Notes under the pieces: generated by a model
The model's database searches: none
Seen by the model: only the letters and a program-made list of their open reading frames with translations
Told to the model about the DNA's origin: nothing
Translations under genes and position numbers: made by a program
In this document: piece after piece, positions 32,585 to 43,972 of the stretch
How the letters are laid out: each line of letters opens with the position of its first letter
How positions within the stretch are numbered: the stretch's first letter is position 1
Assembly: GCA_010909165.1 (NCBI GenBank)
Contig: MU008192.1
Location: forward strand, 434,001 to 498,000
Length of the DNA: 64,000 nt
Source of the DNA: Anthoceros angustus
Lineage: Eukaryota; Plantae; Anthocerotophyta
Direction: 5' to 3'

Positions 32585-35500
32585 CTATTCATTAGAGTCT
32601 TCCCTTCTCGCCAGGATCGGCTTGTTTTCCGGTATGGGAGAAAGCGTTCGTTGTATTCTTTTGGAAAGTTCTGTTTCTGTGGTCCAGCGTGAAACAGCCG
32701 TAAACTTGGAAGACCTCGAAAAGAACCTAGCCCATGGAGCATAGCTGCAACTCTGTTGGACCCAGACTACAAGAGCAAGGACCAAGGAGAATGTTGGGAT
32801 CACAATGTCAGCAGCCCTTGAGAAGAAATCATAGCTTGGGTCCGCATACATGTGCTCTGCATTGTTGAAGTAGGGGAAGGGGTGAGACTTCCTGTACCGG
32901 TCATAGAAGTGTGGCAACAGCCGAAGCACTGTTATGCCTACATAGTACAACTTGCGAAGTGGTTTGCCTGTGCACTTCCAAGTGAACCCACCGAAAACCT
33001 GAGGCAAGAGGAAAAGGTCTTGGATCAGGCCTCCATACTCCAGCACCTCTTTTTGCCAATCCCGTGCCCCATGTGCAAAATCCATCTCTGCCACATTTGC
33101 AAAAGGAATCGCTGACTCACTTGCAAAAGGCATCGCTGGCTCAATTGCTGTAGGTGTTCCTACCCAGTATGCTGCATCTTCGGATCTTGGATGACTGACT
33201 AGTACCACTACAATCCCGACAATGTGGAATACTGCCCACAGCGCAAACACCTTCTTTTCTGACGGAACCGAGATCCATTCCTGTGACGTGGATGCCTGGC
33301 TGCGAGCCTTCCACACTTTCTCAAAAAGCCAAGCAAGCAAAAGGAATGCAGTAAGTGTCAAGACCTTCCCAACGTACAGGACAGGTGCATCTCCCTCCCG
33401 TGAAAAACCTGTCACTGATGCAGCTTTGTTTGCAAACAAAGCCTCAGCACCAGTGATCAAAGGAATGGCAAAAGCAACAGCCTGTATTCCTAACATCAAC
33501 AGCGAGATGAAAGCGGTTGAGCTAGGATTTTTTTCCATGTGCCTCCACTGACCAAATATACAAACCACCATGAAGCTCAATGTAACAACGCTTAGGGCAC
33601 CCTCCAGACTTTTCTCGGACATCATCCCTTCTCTCTGGGTTTTATATGTGATTGCTGTGGTGGACACCGTTATTGGTGCAAAACGTATAGGGTCAACGTT
33701 TGTCCTAGTGCTAGAGATGGTGATCTTCACTGATTGAGGCGCAATCCACATCAACGTGGCTGCCGGATACTCAATTACCACCTCCACATAGCAATCCAAA
33801 CCTTGGTGCAGATCGTCAATGCTGCGTAATGTGGACCACTCCTCCTTCACATTTCGGCAACCCATCATATACATTTTGCCACTCTTTGGATTGTACAGGC
33901 CTTCGGTACTGATGTTGGCAATTGTACCAACTTTCAACTCCCCAGCCACTCTCAAAAGCTTGAGCTCATCCAAGTACTCCTTATCGATTTCTTGTTGTCC
34001 AACAGATTCCTCTCCTGCACCTGTGGATCCATTTAAGAATTCTGGGACCCAACTTCTGAAGAGGATATCATTGATGGCAATAAGTGTGAACTGAACAAAC
34101 AAAGGAGTACCATCAACATTCCCCGAAGTTTGAATGAGAAGGTCTTCCCTGAGTGTATCATAGTCAGGATAACTGTTCCCTAGCGAAGGGTACCTGAATA
34201 GAGATGAAGTCGCTCTCGAAATCCTATTTCGAACATTACTTGTTGGTTCATGTCTGTCGAGAAGTGCCAGAGCCAATTTGATCTTGGAGTACTCATATTG
34301 GATCTTTGTCCTCCAAATTACACCTTGTCCTTGAGGGTTCAAGGGCAGGAAGAAGGAGAGGGGATGGAAAAATTGGGGAACAGTGCTGGTGTCATTGGCG
34401 TCAAATTGGCGGGTGCTAGAGATGTTGCCCACTAAAGTGCCACGCTGCAAGATAGTGAGAGCCATAGGCATGTACAGACAAATTCTCACATCACAATCTT
34501 CTCGTGTTGTGGTCTGCAGCTGAATATCACTCTCGTTGCCCCGACAAGCTGCCATGCAAAGAACACCAGATTTGCTGTCCCATGACCCCTCGGCAGTCAG
34601 TGTCATGCCATTGTTGCAGCCAGTCTTTTCATAAGCTGAGTAATCGTCCTCCGAGCTCCCTACTAGGCCAATCACTGCACTCACTACACTGGTGTAACTC
34701 CCTGATCCATTTCTCTGGGCTTGACTGGAATTGTCATACATACAGAGTAGGTTCCTCATAAAGAGTTTGGCCTCAGTGACAGACTTGTAGTCCCGAGCGT
34801 CTGAGAAAGGCCCAATCCTACTACAGAAAGAGTGAGAAACATTGCATGGCCAGTTCTGCTGCACGGAGAAGCCAACCCACCCCTGAGCCACCTCAGCCAG
34901 AATGGAGCAAAAGGAAGGATCTCTGTACACATTCCGTTCCTGCACAGACTCCGTGACGGAGGCCTCATTACATGTTGCGGCAGTCAGGTTTTGTGCATCG
35001 AAACGGTAAGGCAATCCGCTGCCGAAAATCAGTGATGAGAGCTTGATATCCGCAAAACTACTGTCAAGGCTTCGCAATTTCCCCCGAACGGCCGGTGTAG
35101 CCAGAGATATGGAGCTAGGATAGTGAAGCTGCAGAAAGTAACTACAATCCTGCTGGTCCTTGTTTTTATCATCCCAGGAATACTGAGTCGTGTGGTTTCC
35201 GTCCAAAGCCGAATAGATGGGACGAGGCACAGTGCAACCAAGCATACAAAGCACCCTCTGCGTTTTGGTCGCAACATAGTACCCTTCCATAGCAATGCTC
35301 AAAAGGGAAAAGCCAGGATAGGCTCGAAAGTAACGGCTCTCATACGCTGATTGGTCACTGAACGAGAGACTCATTGATGTGGTCATGGCAAGCTCTAAAA
35401 CTCCACGTAATTTGCTCCTCAGAACTCCATTAAATCCAGTCACAAGAAAGTTTGTAAGCTGCTCAACCGGCCGCTGAGATGCATCATTACTGAGAAAGGG

Positions 35501-35752
35501 CAGAAAGGATTTTCCGGATTCCTGTATCCAGTCACCATTCACAAACGAAGGGTTCCAAGCCTCAACATCTGAATCCTCACTCGAAATAAGCTCCCCCTGA
35601 ACTGTGCATAGCTCCTTCAACTTAGCTTCACGCTCCCTGTCAACCCCATCGGCTCCCCAAGGAGCCAGCAACAGGAGCACACACAAAAGGGCCACCATCC
35701 CTGTCTTCGCAAACCTCACAGGCATCCTGACACCCGCCCCGGCGGCGTGCAT
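32585..35752 (-). CDS. DUF2921 family multi-pass membrane protein (1055 aa)
   Basis: Signal peptide, large luminal region (AEGSWD..G.LCM.AC, GLYNPKSGKMYMMGCR) and C-terminal TM region with DLFLLPQV..YYVGITVLRLLPHFYD. Intronless. Confidence 0.93.
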   Translation of the reverse strand: MHAAGAGVRMPVRFAKTGMVALLCVLLLLAPWGADGVDREREAKLKELCTVQGELISSEDSDVEAWNPSFVNGDWIQESGKSFLPFLSNDASQRPVEQLTNFLVTGFNGVLRSKLRGVLELAMTTSMSLSFSDQSAYESRYFRAYPGFSLLSIAMEGYYVATKTQRVLCMLGCTVPRPIYSALDGNHTTQYSWDDKNKDQQDCSYFLQLHYPSSISLATPAVRGKLRSLDSSFADIKLSSLIFGSGLPYRFDAQNLTAATCNEASVTESVQERNVYRDPSFCSILAEVAQGWVGFSVQQNWPCNVSHSFCSRIGPFSDARDYKSVTEAKLFMRNLLCMYDNSSQAQRNGSGSYTSVVSAVIGLVGSSEDDYSAYEKTGCNNGMTLTAEGSWDSKSGVLCMAACRGNESDIQLQTTTREDCDVRICLYMPMALTILQRGTLVGNISSTRQFDANDTSTVPQFFHPLSFFLPLNPQGQGVIWRTKIQYEYSKIKLALALLDRHEPTSNVRNRISRATSSLFRYPSLGNSYPDYDTLREDLLIQTSGNVDGTPLFVQFTLIAINDILFRSWVPEFLNGSTGAGEESVGQQEIDKEYLDELKLLRVAGELKVGTIANISTEGLYNPKSGKMYMMGCRNVKEEWSTLRSIDDLHQGLDCYVEVVIEYPAATLMWIAPQSVKITISSTRTNVDPIRFAPITVSTTAITYKTQREGMMSEKSLEGALSVVTLSFMVVCIFGQWRHMEKNPSSTAFISLLMLGIQAVAFAIPLITGAEALFANKAASVTGFSREGDAPVLYVGKVLTLTAFLLLAWLFEKVWKARSQASTSQEWISVPSEKKVFALWAVFHIVGIVVVLVSHPRSEDAAYWVGTPTAIEPAMPFASESAIPFANVAEMDFAHGARDWQKEVLEYGGLIQDLFLLPQVFGGFTWKCTGKPLRKLYYVGITVLRLLPHFYDRYRKSHPFPYFNNAEHMYADPSYDFFSRAADIVIPTFSLVLALVVWVQQSCSYAPWARFFSRSSKFTAVSRWTTETELSKRIQRTLSPIPENKPILARREDSNE

Positions 35753-36697
35753 GCCTGGATTTCTCTCACTCCCGCTCCAGCATTCTTAACCTACTCAGCG
35801 ATGCCCACTTCCAGAAACAATAAACCCATCATACATAGCTGCAGTTTTCGCATTCCGGCGGCTCACAAGTCTCGACCATCTTGCACTACCATGAGGCCGA
35901 TTAAAACTGAGACCTGCGGCAACGAGATGGTCAGAAGCCGTAAGGTAGCACTGAGCTGACAGTCCATATCGAGGGTGAACAGCAAGGACGTCATGAAAGC
36001 ACCAGGAGTGCACTGAAGGGCAAAAGCAGCTAAAAAACCACTCCAATCCTCTACCCAACCTGGTCTTCCTTCATCGGCCTGTAAGCTGCAACTGCAAACC
36101 GTTTTCCTTCCTCCGCCGCCAGCTATCCTGAGGCCACAGCGCAAATGCTGGTCGCTTGGTGGGCAGCGAGCGCGCATACAACTCCCTGGTGAGTAGGTGA
36201 AAGGACTTCTTGGCATGCGTGGGAATGCGCTATGGACAAACGATGACATCAGCTCGCAGAACTCTTCAACGCTAGGCAGTGCAGCTCCGAATTCACTAAA
36301 ATAGTCAGTCCAGCTTCATTCCTGATTCCGGTTGGGTTTAGCGTCCACAAAAGAGACGAAGTTAGCATAACAAGGCCAAGTGCAGCAGCTAGTTGGCCCA
36401 CCTAAATCTTATGATTCCCACGTGAATTCCTCTGCTGTTTTTCAAACGCATTACGATGTACGCAAACGTCCAGAAAAAAATACAAACTACAAAAAATGAT
36501 GGAGATTCAAACCCCTCAAGGATCTTCAGTACCCAACTACGTAGGGCACTCGACCCGAGTTCCTCTCTCGCTTTGGTTCACACTGTCGTGAGAAGTAGGT
36601 AATGAGAATCTATCTAGTCTCGCCAAGTGAAAGTCATCCAGTATTCCCGTGCTTTTCTGCATCTAGCATACTCAGCATGAAGTAGTCTAGTTCAACC

Positions 36698-37854
36698 TTA
36701 AATTTTGAAATCAAACGGCTTGCCCATAATCCAGGCTCTTCTTGTCCATCTCTCATTGAAAGCTATTAGCACGCTGTTCAGTCTCTCCAGAGCAGATAAC
36801 TCGCCAGGATGGGATGTCAAGGGAAACCTTTCCTCGTCCGTATAACCCTCCTGATACGGCAAGACATCGTGTTTGACACTGTGCAACCACTTCCTCGCGG
36901 ACGTGATAGCCCTGCTTTTGGAATTGGGGGTTTGCAAGGACTCTTCTCTTCGCTCATCGTCGGCATCCCCATTCTCCGAACATGGAGCACTCGACCAAGA
37001 TGCTGCCTCCTGCGCAGCTGCCATGGTGTGGAAGTCATCTATATGATCATTGTTCCCGCTAAGCAGCTCCAGTGTCCGTTTCCGCTTCTTCTTCTGACTG
37101 TCCTCATCCGAGACATGATCCCCATTCCTAAGTGAGCAGAGCTCCTCCCCCCGTCCCTCACCAAGTGCTTCCCCTGCGGACACATTACCAGCTTCAAGTT
37201 CATTGTCACCATCACTGCCTGCTGCAGGTTCACCGACATGAGTGTCTGCCTCTAGTCGCTCCCCCTCTTCAGCTTGAGACATCTGGAGCTGATCACCACT
37301 TCGCGTAGAGCTCGATGCGAGAGGAGCCATCGGAGAGTCACTGAAAGACGGGACCCTGAGACCATCCAAAAGCATGCCTGACATCCTATAACCTTTGGTC
37401 TCCGATAAAGACGAGTCTGCCGTATGTAGCTGTGCTGTTGGAGTTTTGTACTCAGTGGCAGCCGGTCCTGGGGTTTGGAAATACGAAGGTGTAAAGAAGG
37501 GCGTGCTTATCACACCAGGACCGCCGCTGGATGCCTTACTCGGACTGGAAGTGGCAAGATCCTCTGTGAGATGAACCAAGTCAGTGCGAAATCCCGCAGC
37601 TTCAATTCTCCTTTCCATGGTATGCCTCGTCCCCGGTGGAGTCTGTAGACAACCATGAGATGCATCCTATCTTCACCAAAACTTCCAGTCACCAGAATTC
37701 CTCAACTCATTATTATGCCAGACCTATCCCTCACCAATTCACACCAAGCCAACATAAGCGTGGAAGCATGACTCACCTCCAAGGGCACGAATCGGACTCC
37801 GTCCGCCATCTCCCCCTTCTCTACAGCAGTTGCTAGCAGCGCCTCTTCCTCCAT
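36698..37854 (-). CDS. Unknown protein (340 aa), S/T-P-rich and acidic, 2 exons
   Basis: Exon 37854-37777 (26 codons, GTGAGT donor) splices in frame via a CTACAG acceptor to exon 37642-36698. No family recognised. Confidence 0.7.
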
Positions 37855-39010
37855 CGTGCTGCCGGAAGGAAAATGAGCGCAACACAGAGGGCCACAACTT
37901 CTTCCTGCTACACTACACTGCACATTCGAAAAACATGAATCAAAATCTTGTCCAGCCTCAAGACAGGATTTTCTGAGGTGACTGTGGCTGAAGGAACAAC
38001 AACATTAGCTCGCGATCAGCCTCACCTGAATCCCATCCAACTACAGCACCAAATGCAAGATGTCCAGCGCAACGTCCAGCATACCCTGTGGCAGATCCGT
38101 TTGCCGTAATCTGGAAAATCAAACGGAATTGTCGGAAAGGCCTTGTCAGAATTTGAAAACGGTCTGGCGGGCGCGAATCGCTCAGGAAACCGGCAGCAGC
38201 AATGTAGGCGTGATCACTTGTCTAAACAGTCAGGAAAGTTGAAACCGTCATTAGAAACGTGCCCTCAGCTCGTCCGTTCTAGAACGAAAGAGCCGCCACC
38301 TGTGCGTCGCTTTATGCTTTTTTATAATGGGAAGACTCCGTCCCTCCCTGCTTCCTCTGGCGTCGGGGAGGCTCGGCTCGTCCATGGGATTTCTGACGAG
38401 CACGAAAGGTGCAAGTGGCGGCTTCAGACCAGCCAAGTCGTAGGCCATTTTCCGGCTGCGTCTCTCGCACGCAGGCTGCAGTCCAAGGCTCGTTCCTCGA
38501 ATCGTGGTCACGTACATTACGCGTACAGATGTGGAATCCTGTGAGCTCTTGACAATGTGCTCTACAGCGGGAATGTGAATGGGATGATGCAGCTCTGATA
38601 AGCGGCATGTCCTGTGCTGAAGTGACCTTGTTGGCTCTTTGAAGCAGCGTTTTGTGAACTGGTGTGGTGGAAGAGGGATGCAGCATATTTGGATTCAGGA
38701 CAGAATCTGAGGTTCGCTCTGCACACCTTTTCAGTGATGACTGTGTGTTGCTTGCTGGGACACTCTCTCTGAATCTTGAAAGTGGGAGCTGTGGTGGCAA
38801 CGTTTCTGTTGAGGATAGCCTTCTTACATGTTCCTGAGTATGACTTCAGATTAGGATGAAGTGTCCAGGGATGTCTACGACTCCGCTGAATTTCAAGGTG
38901 AACTGTTGATAGAATACTTACATTCAGACTACAATGGACAGGACAAGTCTGCTTGCAGGTTGAGCGAGCACTTCACATCTGGGATTCTGATCAGAGCCAA
39001 GTTGCCAGCC

Positions 39011-39808
39011 ATGTCAGCAACCACACCCGCAGACCTGGCGAAACTGGGAGCCTTGCGGGCCAGCAATAACCAGGTGGTAGGTGATCCTCCAGGGCCCAGC
39101 CTGAAGCAGCCGCTGCTCACGGAAGGAGCGTCTGTCACCATTGATGTGGGTGATGAATCAGACGACTTCGACGACAACAATTTTGTTGTCAGAGTGCTCA
39201 ACACAGCTTTACGGTCAGCCGCCAGGCTTGCCAACCTGCTTCCCACCGGCACCTTCCTCTTCTTCCAGGTTTTGGTACCCATCGTCTCCAACAGTGGGAG
39301 CTGCGAGACAGACTTGGATACGTATCTCACACTGGGCCTGCTCATCTTCTGCGGTCTTCTCTGCGTCCTGTCTTGCCTCACCGACTCATTCACCACCAAA
39401 GGCGGCAAAGTTCACTACGGTTTTGTGACCTGGTTTGGCCTCTGGACCCCGCAGCTGGACAAGAATTATGCCACTTCGGACAACTTCAAGCTGGAATGGA
39501 TTGACGTTGTCCACACCTTTCTCTCCGTCTTGGTGTTCTACACCTCTACCATTTTCTCCCCAAATGTGCGGTACTGTTTCTACCCTGACCTGGTAGACCG
39601 CACCTCCAACTTGGTAGCCAACCTAGTGCCGCCTCTGACGGGCTTCTTCATCAGTATCATCTTCATCCTGTTTCCCTCCAAGAGACATGGCGTGGGGTAT
39701 CCAGTTACTGCCGCCCTCCTGCTGTCTGTGCAGGAAGCATTAGGGTCCGATGAGGATGCTGAAGGACGCTCTGGGAATGGAGATCCTCCTGTTTCCAGCG
39801 TACCGTGA
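39011..39808 (+). CDS. DMP: DUF679 membrane protein (DMP family)
   Basis: ARLANLLPTGT.L.FQ.L.P..SN.G.C, LSCLTDSF, IDVVHTFLSVLVF, CFYP, FPSKRHGVGYP. The likely ATG is 39011; the ORF is open from 38861. Confidence 0.95.
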   Translation: MSATTPADLAKLGALRASNNQVVGDPPGPSLKQPLLTEGASVTIDVGDESDDFDDNNFVVRVLNTALRSAARLANLLPTGTFLFFQVLVPIVSNSGSCETDLDTYLTLGLLIFCGLLCVLSCLTDSFTTKGGKVHYGFVTWFGLWTPQLDKNYATSDNFKLEWIDVVHTFLSVLVFYTSTIFSPNVRYCFYPDLVDRTSNLVANLVPPLTGFFISIIFILFPSKRHGVGYPVTAALLLSVQEALGSDEDAEGRSGNGDPPVSSVP

Positions 39809-40159
39809 TTCCCTTTCAGTTCCTGTTTATGGTTTTTTGTATAAGTTATTTCAGAACTCGGTATCTGCTGGCCTCTACCGGATCTTACTACAGGATTTCT
39901 GTCAAATTAAGAGTGTTAAGAGTGTGACTTTTGGGGATGAGCGAGCAGTGTCTGTAGAGCTGTTAAGTCAGCAGGCACAAAGTTTGGGGATTGCACCAGC
40001 CGTCACCTGGCAAATCACTGCATCAAAAAAAAGACAAGCTACGAGTTCCCCAATCAAAACAACCAATCAACCTGCTGTTGAACATAACTGTGCATCTCTT
40101 TGACAGCTCATTTAGGAACATTGGGGATGACATTTCATCCAAAACATGGTTCTCTCCCA

Positions 40160-41671
40160 TTATGCATACTCGTAGTAATGTAATCTATACAGCAACACTC
40201 GGCCTGCAGCATTCCCGGCTGCAAGATACCCTCCTCCAGGACTGAAGTCCAAGGCGTGGACATACTGCAGAGGGGTCCTTGCTGTGGGCCAGTTAGAGAA
40301 AACTGTGTAAGAAGGCAAGTGCACGAGCCTCAAAGCCTCCTTCTTCATCCGCGAAGTGATGGCCAAAATCTGAGAGTCGGAGTTGAACTTAACATTGTCT
40401 ATGCTGGTGACAAGATTCATGAGAGTCTTTCTGGGCTTTCTATCACCTCCCAAAAAAGAGTCCCTGTCATACACATTCACCACCCCACTGCCTGACCCGG
40501 TGGCAAAGAGCGTGCTATCCGCCGAGACACCCAAGGCCGTGCTTTTCACATTGCCTTCATCTCGAGCTTTGTGGATGCACCTTCTGGTCCTCATGTCCCA
40601 AGTGTACACCTCTCCATCTTCTCCAATACTCAGCAACTCCCTACCATGTGCCGCAAAAGACATAGCCCTAACACTGCCATTCATCTTCAGATTCCCAATC
40701 AGCTGCCTCGAACTGAGGGACGTCAGCAATATGTACCCCTCATTCCCTTGAAACGCCAAAACCTTGCCGTCAGGAGATACCTCAAACGACTCCAAGCTCT
40801 TCTCCTCCCGGCCTATCAACTGGTGAACTTTCTCTACTTTCCCTCCATGCATATCGTACACGTAGAAATACTTCCGCCTCCCACTAGCCACAACCTTGGA
40901 CCCATCCGGCACAAATGCAGCCTTGTGGACCGGAAAATTCTCCAGGAAAATACTCTGAACCTTAGGGTTCCTCTTCCCATCGATCTGGAAAAACCTAATC
41001 TTCTTGTCAAATCCAGCCGTCATCAGAATCTGCGCATTCCGGTGGAACTCAACAGACTGGACCACGCCCCCAGACGGCTCTTCGCTATTAGCATCCCGCA
41101 TCCGGGAAATACTGATAATCCCCGGCGGCAACCTGGACTTGCTCGGCACCACGAGGTCAGCATCATCCCTAAGAGAAACCAGCGCCGCGCTTCCCGGCAG
41201 CTCACTATCGTCCACCTCCGAGCCATCGTCCGAATCGTCAGCCCTAATTCGCCTCGTCCCGTCCTTCTGGAAGGGAAGCTCCGCCCAGCCGGTGTCCGGA
41301 TTAATCTTCCTGTGCTGAGCCCTGAGCCTCTCAACGTACTCTGACCCGGCCACAACGCTTTCGCTTTCAGCCTTTCTGAGCTTCCTCAGCCTGTTGACGG
41401 TGGAAATGGCGACGGACGACTGCGCCTCCTCCTCATCAACCCACGCAGGCTTCCTGACTGGCCCCTCCTTCTCATCGTCCTGCACCACAGCCAGCTCATC
41501 ATCATCTTCAAGCTCTCGGCCCAACCTGTCGGCTACCGTATCTTCGAGTCTCCCGAAAAGCAAAGACTGCAGGCGCGCAGCCTCCTCCTCCTCACGCCTC
41601 AGCAGGGCGTCTGTTTGCACATGTTTGCGCTTGCGCTTTTTCTTCTCTGCTGGGACGAGGTCCAACTCCAT
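40160..41671 (-). CDS. UTP18: U3 snoRNA-associated protein 18 (WD40), intronless
   Basis: PAWVDEEE..RLRKLRK..EYVERLRAQH, QSVEFH..LMTAGFDKKIRFFQIDGKRNPK, GRRKYFYVYD, LVHLPSYTVFSNWP, FSPGGGYLAAGN..GRVLLYRLHYY. Confidence 0.96.
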   Translation of the reverse strand: MELDLVPAEKKKRKRKHVQTDALLRREEEEAARLQSLLFGRLEDTVADRLGRELEDDDELAVVQDDEKEGPVRKPAWVDEEEAQSSVAISTVNRLRKLRKAESESVVAGSEYVERLRAQHRKINPDTGWAELPFQKDGTRRIRADDSDDGSEVDDSELPGSAALVSLRDDADLVVPSKSRLPPGIISISRMRDANSEEPSGGVVQSVEFHRNAQILMTAGFDKKIRFFQIDGKRNPKVQSIFLENFPVHKAAFVPDGSKVVASGRRKYFYVYDMHGGKVEKVHQLIGREEKSLESFEVSPDGKVLAFQGNEGYILLTSLSSRQLIGNLKMNGSVRAMSFAAHGRELLSIGEDGEVYTWDMRTRRCIHKARDEGNVKSTALGVSADSTLFATGSGSGVVNVYDRDSFLGGDRKPRKTLMNLVTSIDNVKFNSDSQILAITSRMKKEALRLVHLPSYTVFSNWPTARTPLQYVHALDFSPGGGYLAAGNAAGRVLLYRLHYYEYA

Positions 41672-42171
41672 CGCTGTGTAGCCAGCGACCTCGTCTAGTC
41701 TCGCCTTTCTTGTAGCTTTGAAGCCAACTCGTATTATAGAAAATGAGGGTCCTAAGTGATTTTGTTGATCTATACGGCTAATATTGCTCGCTAGAGTCAC
41801 TGAAGACGGTCTCTCTAGTATGTACATATATAGCGCGAAGACTTGCAAGTGAAGAAGCATAACTATAGAGCATTATAAATTTAGTACGTACATATTATAG
41901 GGGGTTAGCCCATGGCTCTTGGCCCTTTAAGTGCGTTGGCCTGTGTAAGGGGTAGATGAGTTTTTTTCTCTTTTTTCTTTTTAATAAAGTTTTTATTATT
42001 TTATATATAGATACTTAGACTTGGGAGTGTTGTTCTCGAAAATGATATATTATGAATTTGAAATAGTCTAGGACTTGAACTAATTATCGAACAATAGTAT
42101 TTATAAATCTTTATTTGTAAATAGTATTGTTTAGTGATCAGTTCAAGTCGAACTGAACTATGTCCTTCTAC

Positions 42172-42320
42172 GTCAGCGAGCTATACCCTTCCATGTCAAC
42201 AAACGATACCCTTCCACATCAGCAAAGTGTACCCTTCCACATCAGCAAACTATACCCTTCCACATCAGCAAACTATACCCTTCCACGTCAGCGAACTGAA
42301 AGACTATATCCTTCCATGGT
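42172..42320. repeat. 23-bp minisatellite, ~6 copies (TATACCCTTCCACATCAGCAAAC)
   Basis: Read directly; copies degenerate towards the edges. Confidence 0.9.
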
Positions 42321-42953
42321 ACAAATCTATGGTTGGTACAAATCACTTGGTCACGTGATGAACTGAAAGTTGAATGGAGTTCGATCTCTACTTGAATTGT
42401 GAGTTCGTAGAAGTCCTTAAGTAATAATCTTGAATCCTCCCTGTGATATTAAAACCGAATGTTTTACATATCCTAAATTAAGGCTGTAGCTCTACTAGTG
42501 TCGTTGGATGGCACATGCTTATTAGCTTCCACAATTTGGTGATTTGAGAAACGTCACTCTCTTACATTCAATGGAAACATTGCTGCCTATTATATAAATT
42601 TAATGTACTCTCGAGCTTTTATACAAATCATGCTTGGACATCAATATTTGGAAATTCAGATTATAATTATACTACTGAAACCTATAGAGTTTTAGTTACA
42701 TAAAGATATGTAAAATAGTTACGTGCAAATAATCCTTTGCATGTTCTACTGAGTCTTACATACTCATTAATTATTATTTATGGCCACTTTTCACTTGAAA
42801 ATTGAAAAGTGTTGCACACGAGTGGTTACTTAATTTGACGATCATGTAATTTTGAGGTTATCATTCCAATTTTTATAGATAAATATAAATACATCAATAA
42901 TGTATCCCTTGACTAGGTATGGTTATGGATCACTTTTCACCCGAGAAAGATTA

Positions 42954-43176
42954 GAAGAAGAAGAAGAATTTTATTTAAGTCCACTAAGGACGGATTTCCG
43001 TCATGGGACTTGGTACTTAACAACTTATACCATGGTATGCCTAAGCTACTTGTACCATGGTATGCTAAGCTACTTGCACCAAGGGGATTTCCATTTCCTT
43101 TAGGCACCCCATCTAAGTACCGATCCAAGCGCAGGATGCTTATACATGTGTGTCCATTTGGCCTAAGCCATTTGGA
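42954..43176 (+). repeat. Dispersed ~220-bp repeat family, full copy
   Basis: (GAA)n then TTTTATTTAAG..GGACGGATTTCC..GGCCTAAGCCATTTGGA; colinear with 8556-8770. Confidence 0.92.
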
Positions 43177-43532
43177 TAAGATATGAAAGTTCACCAAATT
43201 TTGTAATCATATAACTTTTAAGTCAATTATTATAGATGAATGCAAATATATTGGTAATAAACATAAAATGGTTTCCATATATATCCTTTTTTCTTTCCTA
43301 ACTAAAATACTTAGCTCTCATATACCTTTTCTTTCCTAACCAAAACTTTGAAATATATGTAAAGTGGGAAAAGAGATTTCAATGTATACTTTAAAATATA
43401 TATATAAAGGCTCCAAATTCTCGAGAAGGAAAATGACAAACTGAACATCGCTGTATACTTTGAAACATCTACATAAAGTCTCTAAATTCTCTAAAAAGAA
43501 AATAGCAAACCTGACATAACAACAAACTTTAA

Positions 43533-43704
43533 AGATTATATTACTGGTTTGAAGATTTATTGGTTGGTTATGATCTCAGTAAGCCTCTAGAGATTATATT
43601 ACTGGTTTAAAGATTTATTGTCTGGTTATGATCTCAGCAAGCCTCTAGAGATTACATTACTGGTTTAAAGATTTATTGGCTGGTTATGATCTCAACAAGC
43701 CTCT
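43533..43704. repeat. 58-bp tandem repeat x3
   Basis: AGATTATATTACTGGTTT(G/A)AAGATTTATTG..TGGTTATGATCTCAG.AAGCCTCT starting at 43533, 43591 and 43649. Confidence 0.93.
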
Positions 43705-43773
43705 GGCCAAAGAAAGCGAGGTTAGGGTGTTTTAGAGAAAGGCAAGCTTCGGGTGTTTTAGAGGAATTTTATG

Positions 43774-43972
43774 AGCCATTTCATCCAAAGCCTAAGCCAC
43801 TTCATCCCAAAGCCTAAGCCACTTCATCCCAAAACCTAAGCCACTTCATTCCAAAACCTAAGCCACTTCATCCCAAAGCCTAAGCCACTTCATTCCAAAA
43901 CCTAAGCCACTTCATCCCAACGCCCACGTTACTTCATCTCAACGCCTAAGCCACTTCATCCCACAACCTAAT
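43774..43972. repeat. 22-bp minisatellite, ~9 copies (AAGCCACTTCATCCCAAA(G/A)CCT)
   Basis: Head-to-tail copies with no spacers. Confidence 0.93.

Noticed and set aside
36470-36560. B-box-like GGTTTGAATCTCC plus T-run on the minus strand (tRNA-derived SINE?)
   Set aside because: No convincing A-box, no second copy in the window and no TSD.
43774-43972. Regular 22-23-bp repeats (also 42172-42320, 26543-26613, 1925-2020) as CRISPR arrays
   Set aside because: They are head-to-tail with no unique spacers, no cas genes are present, and the context is eukaryotic.
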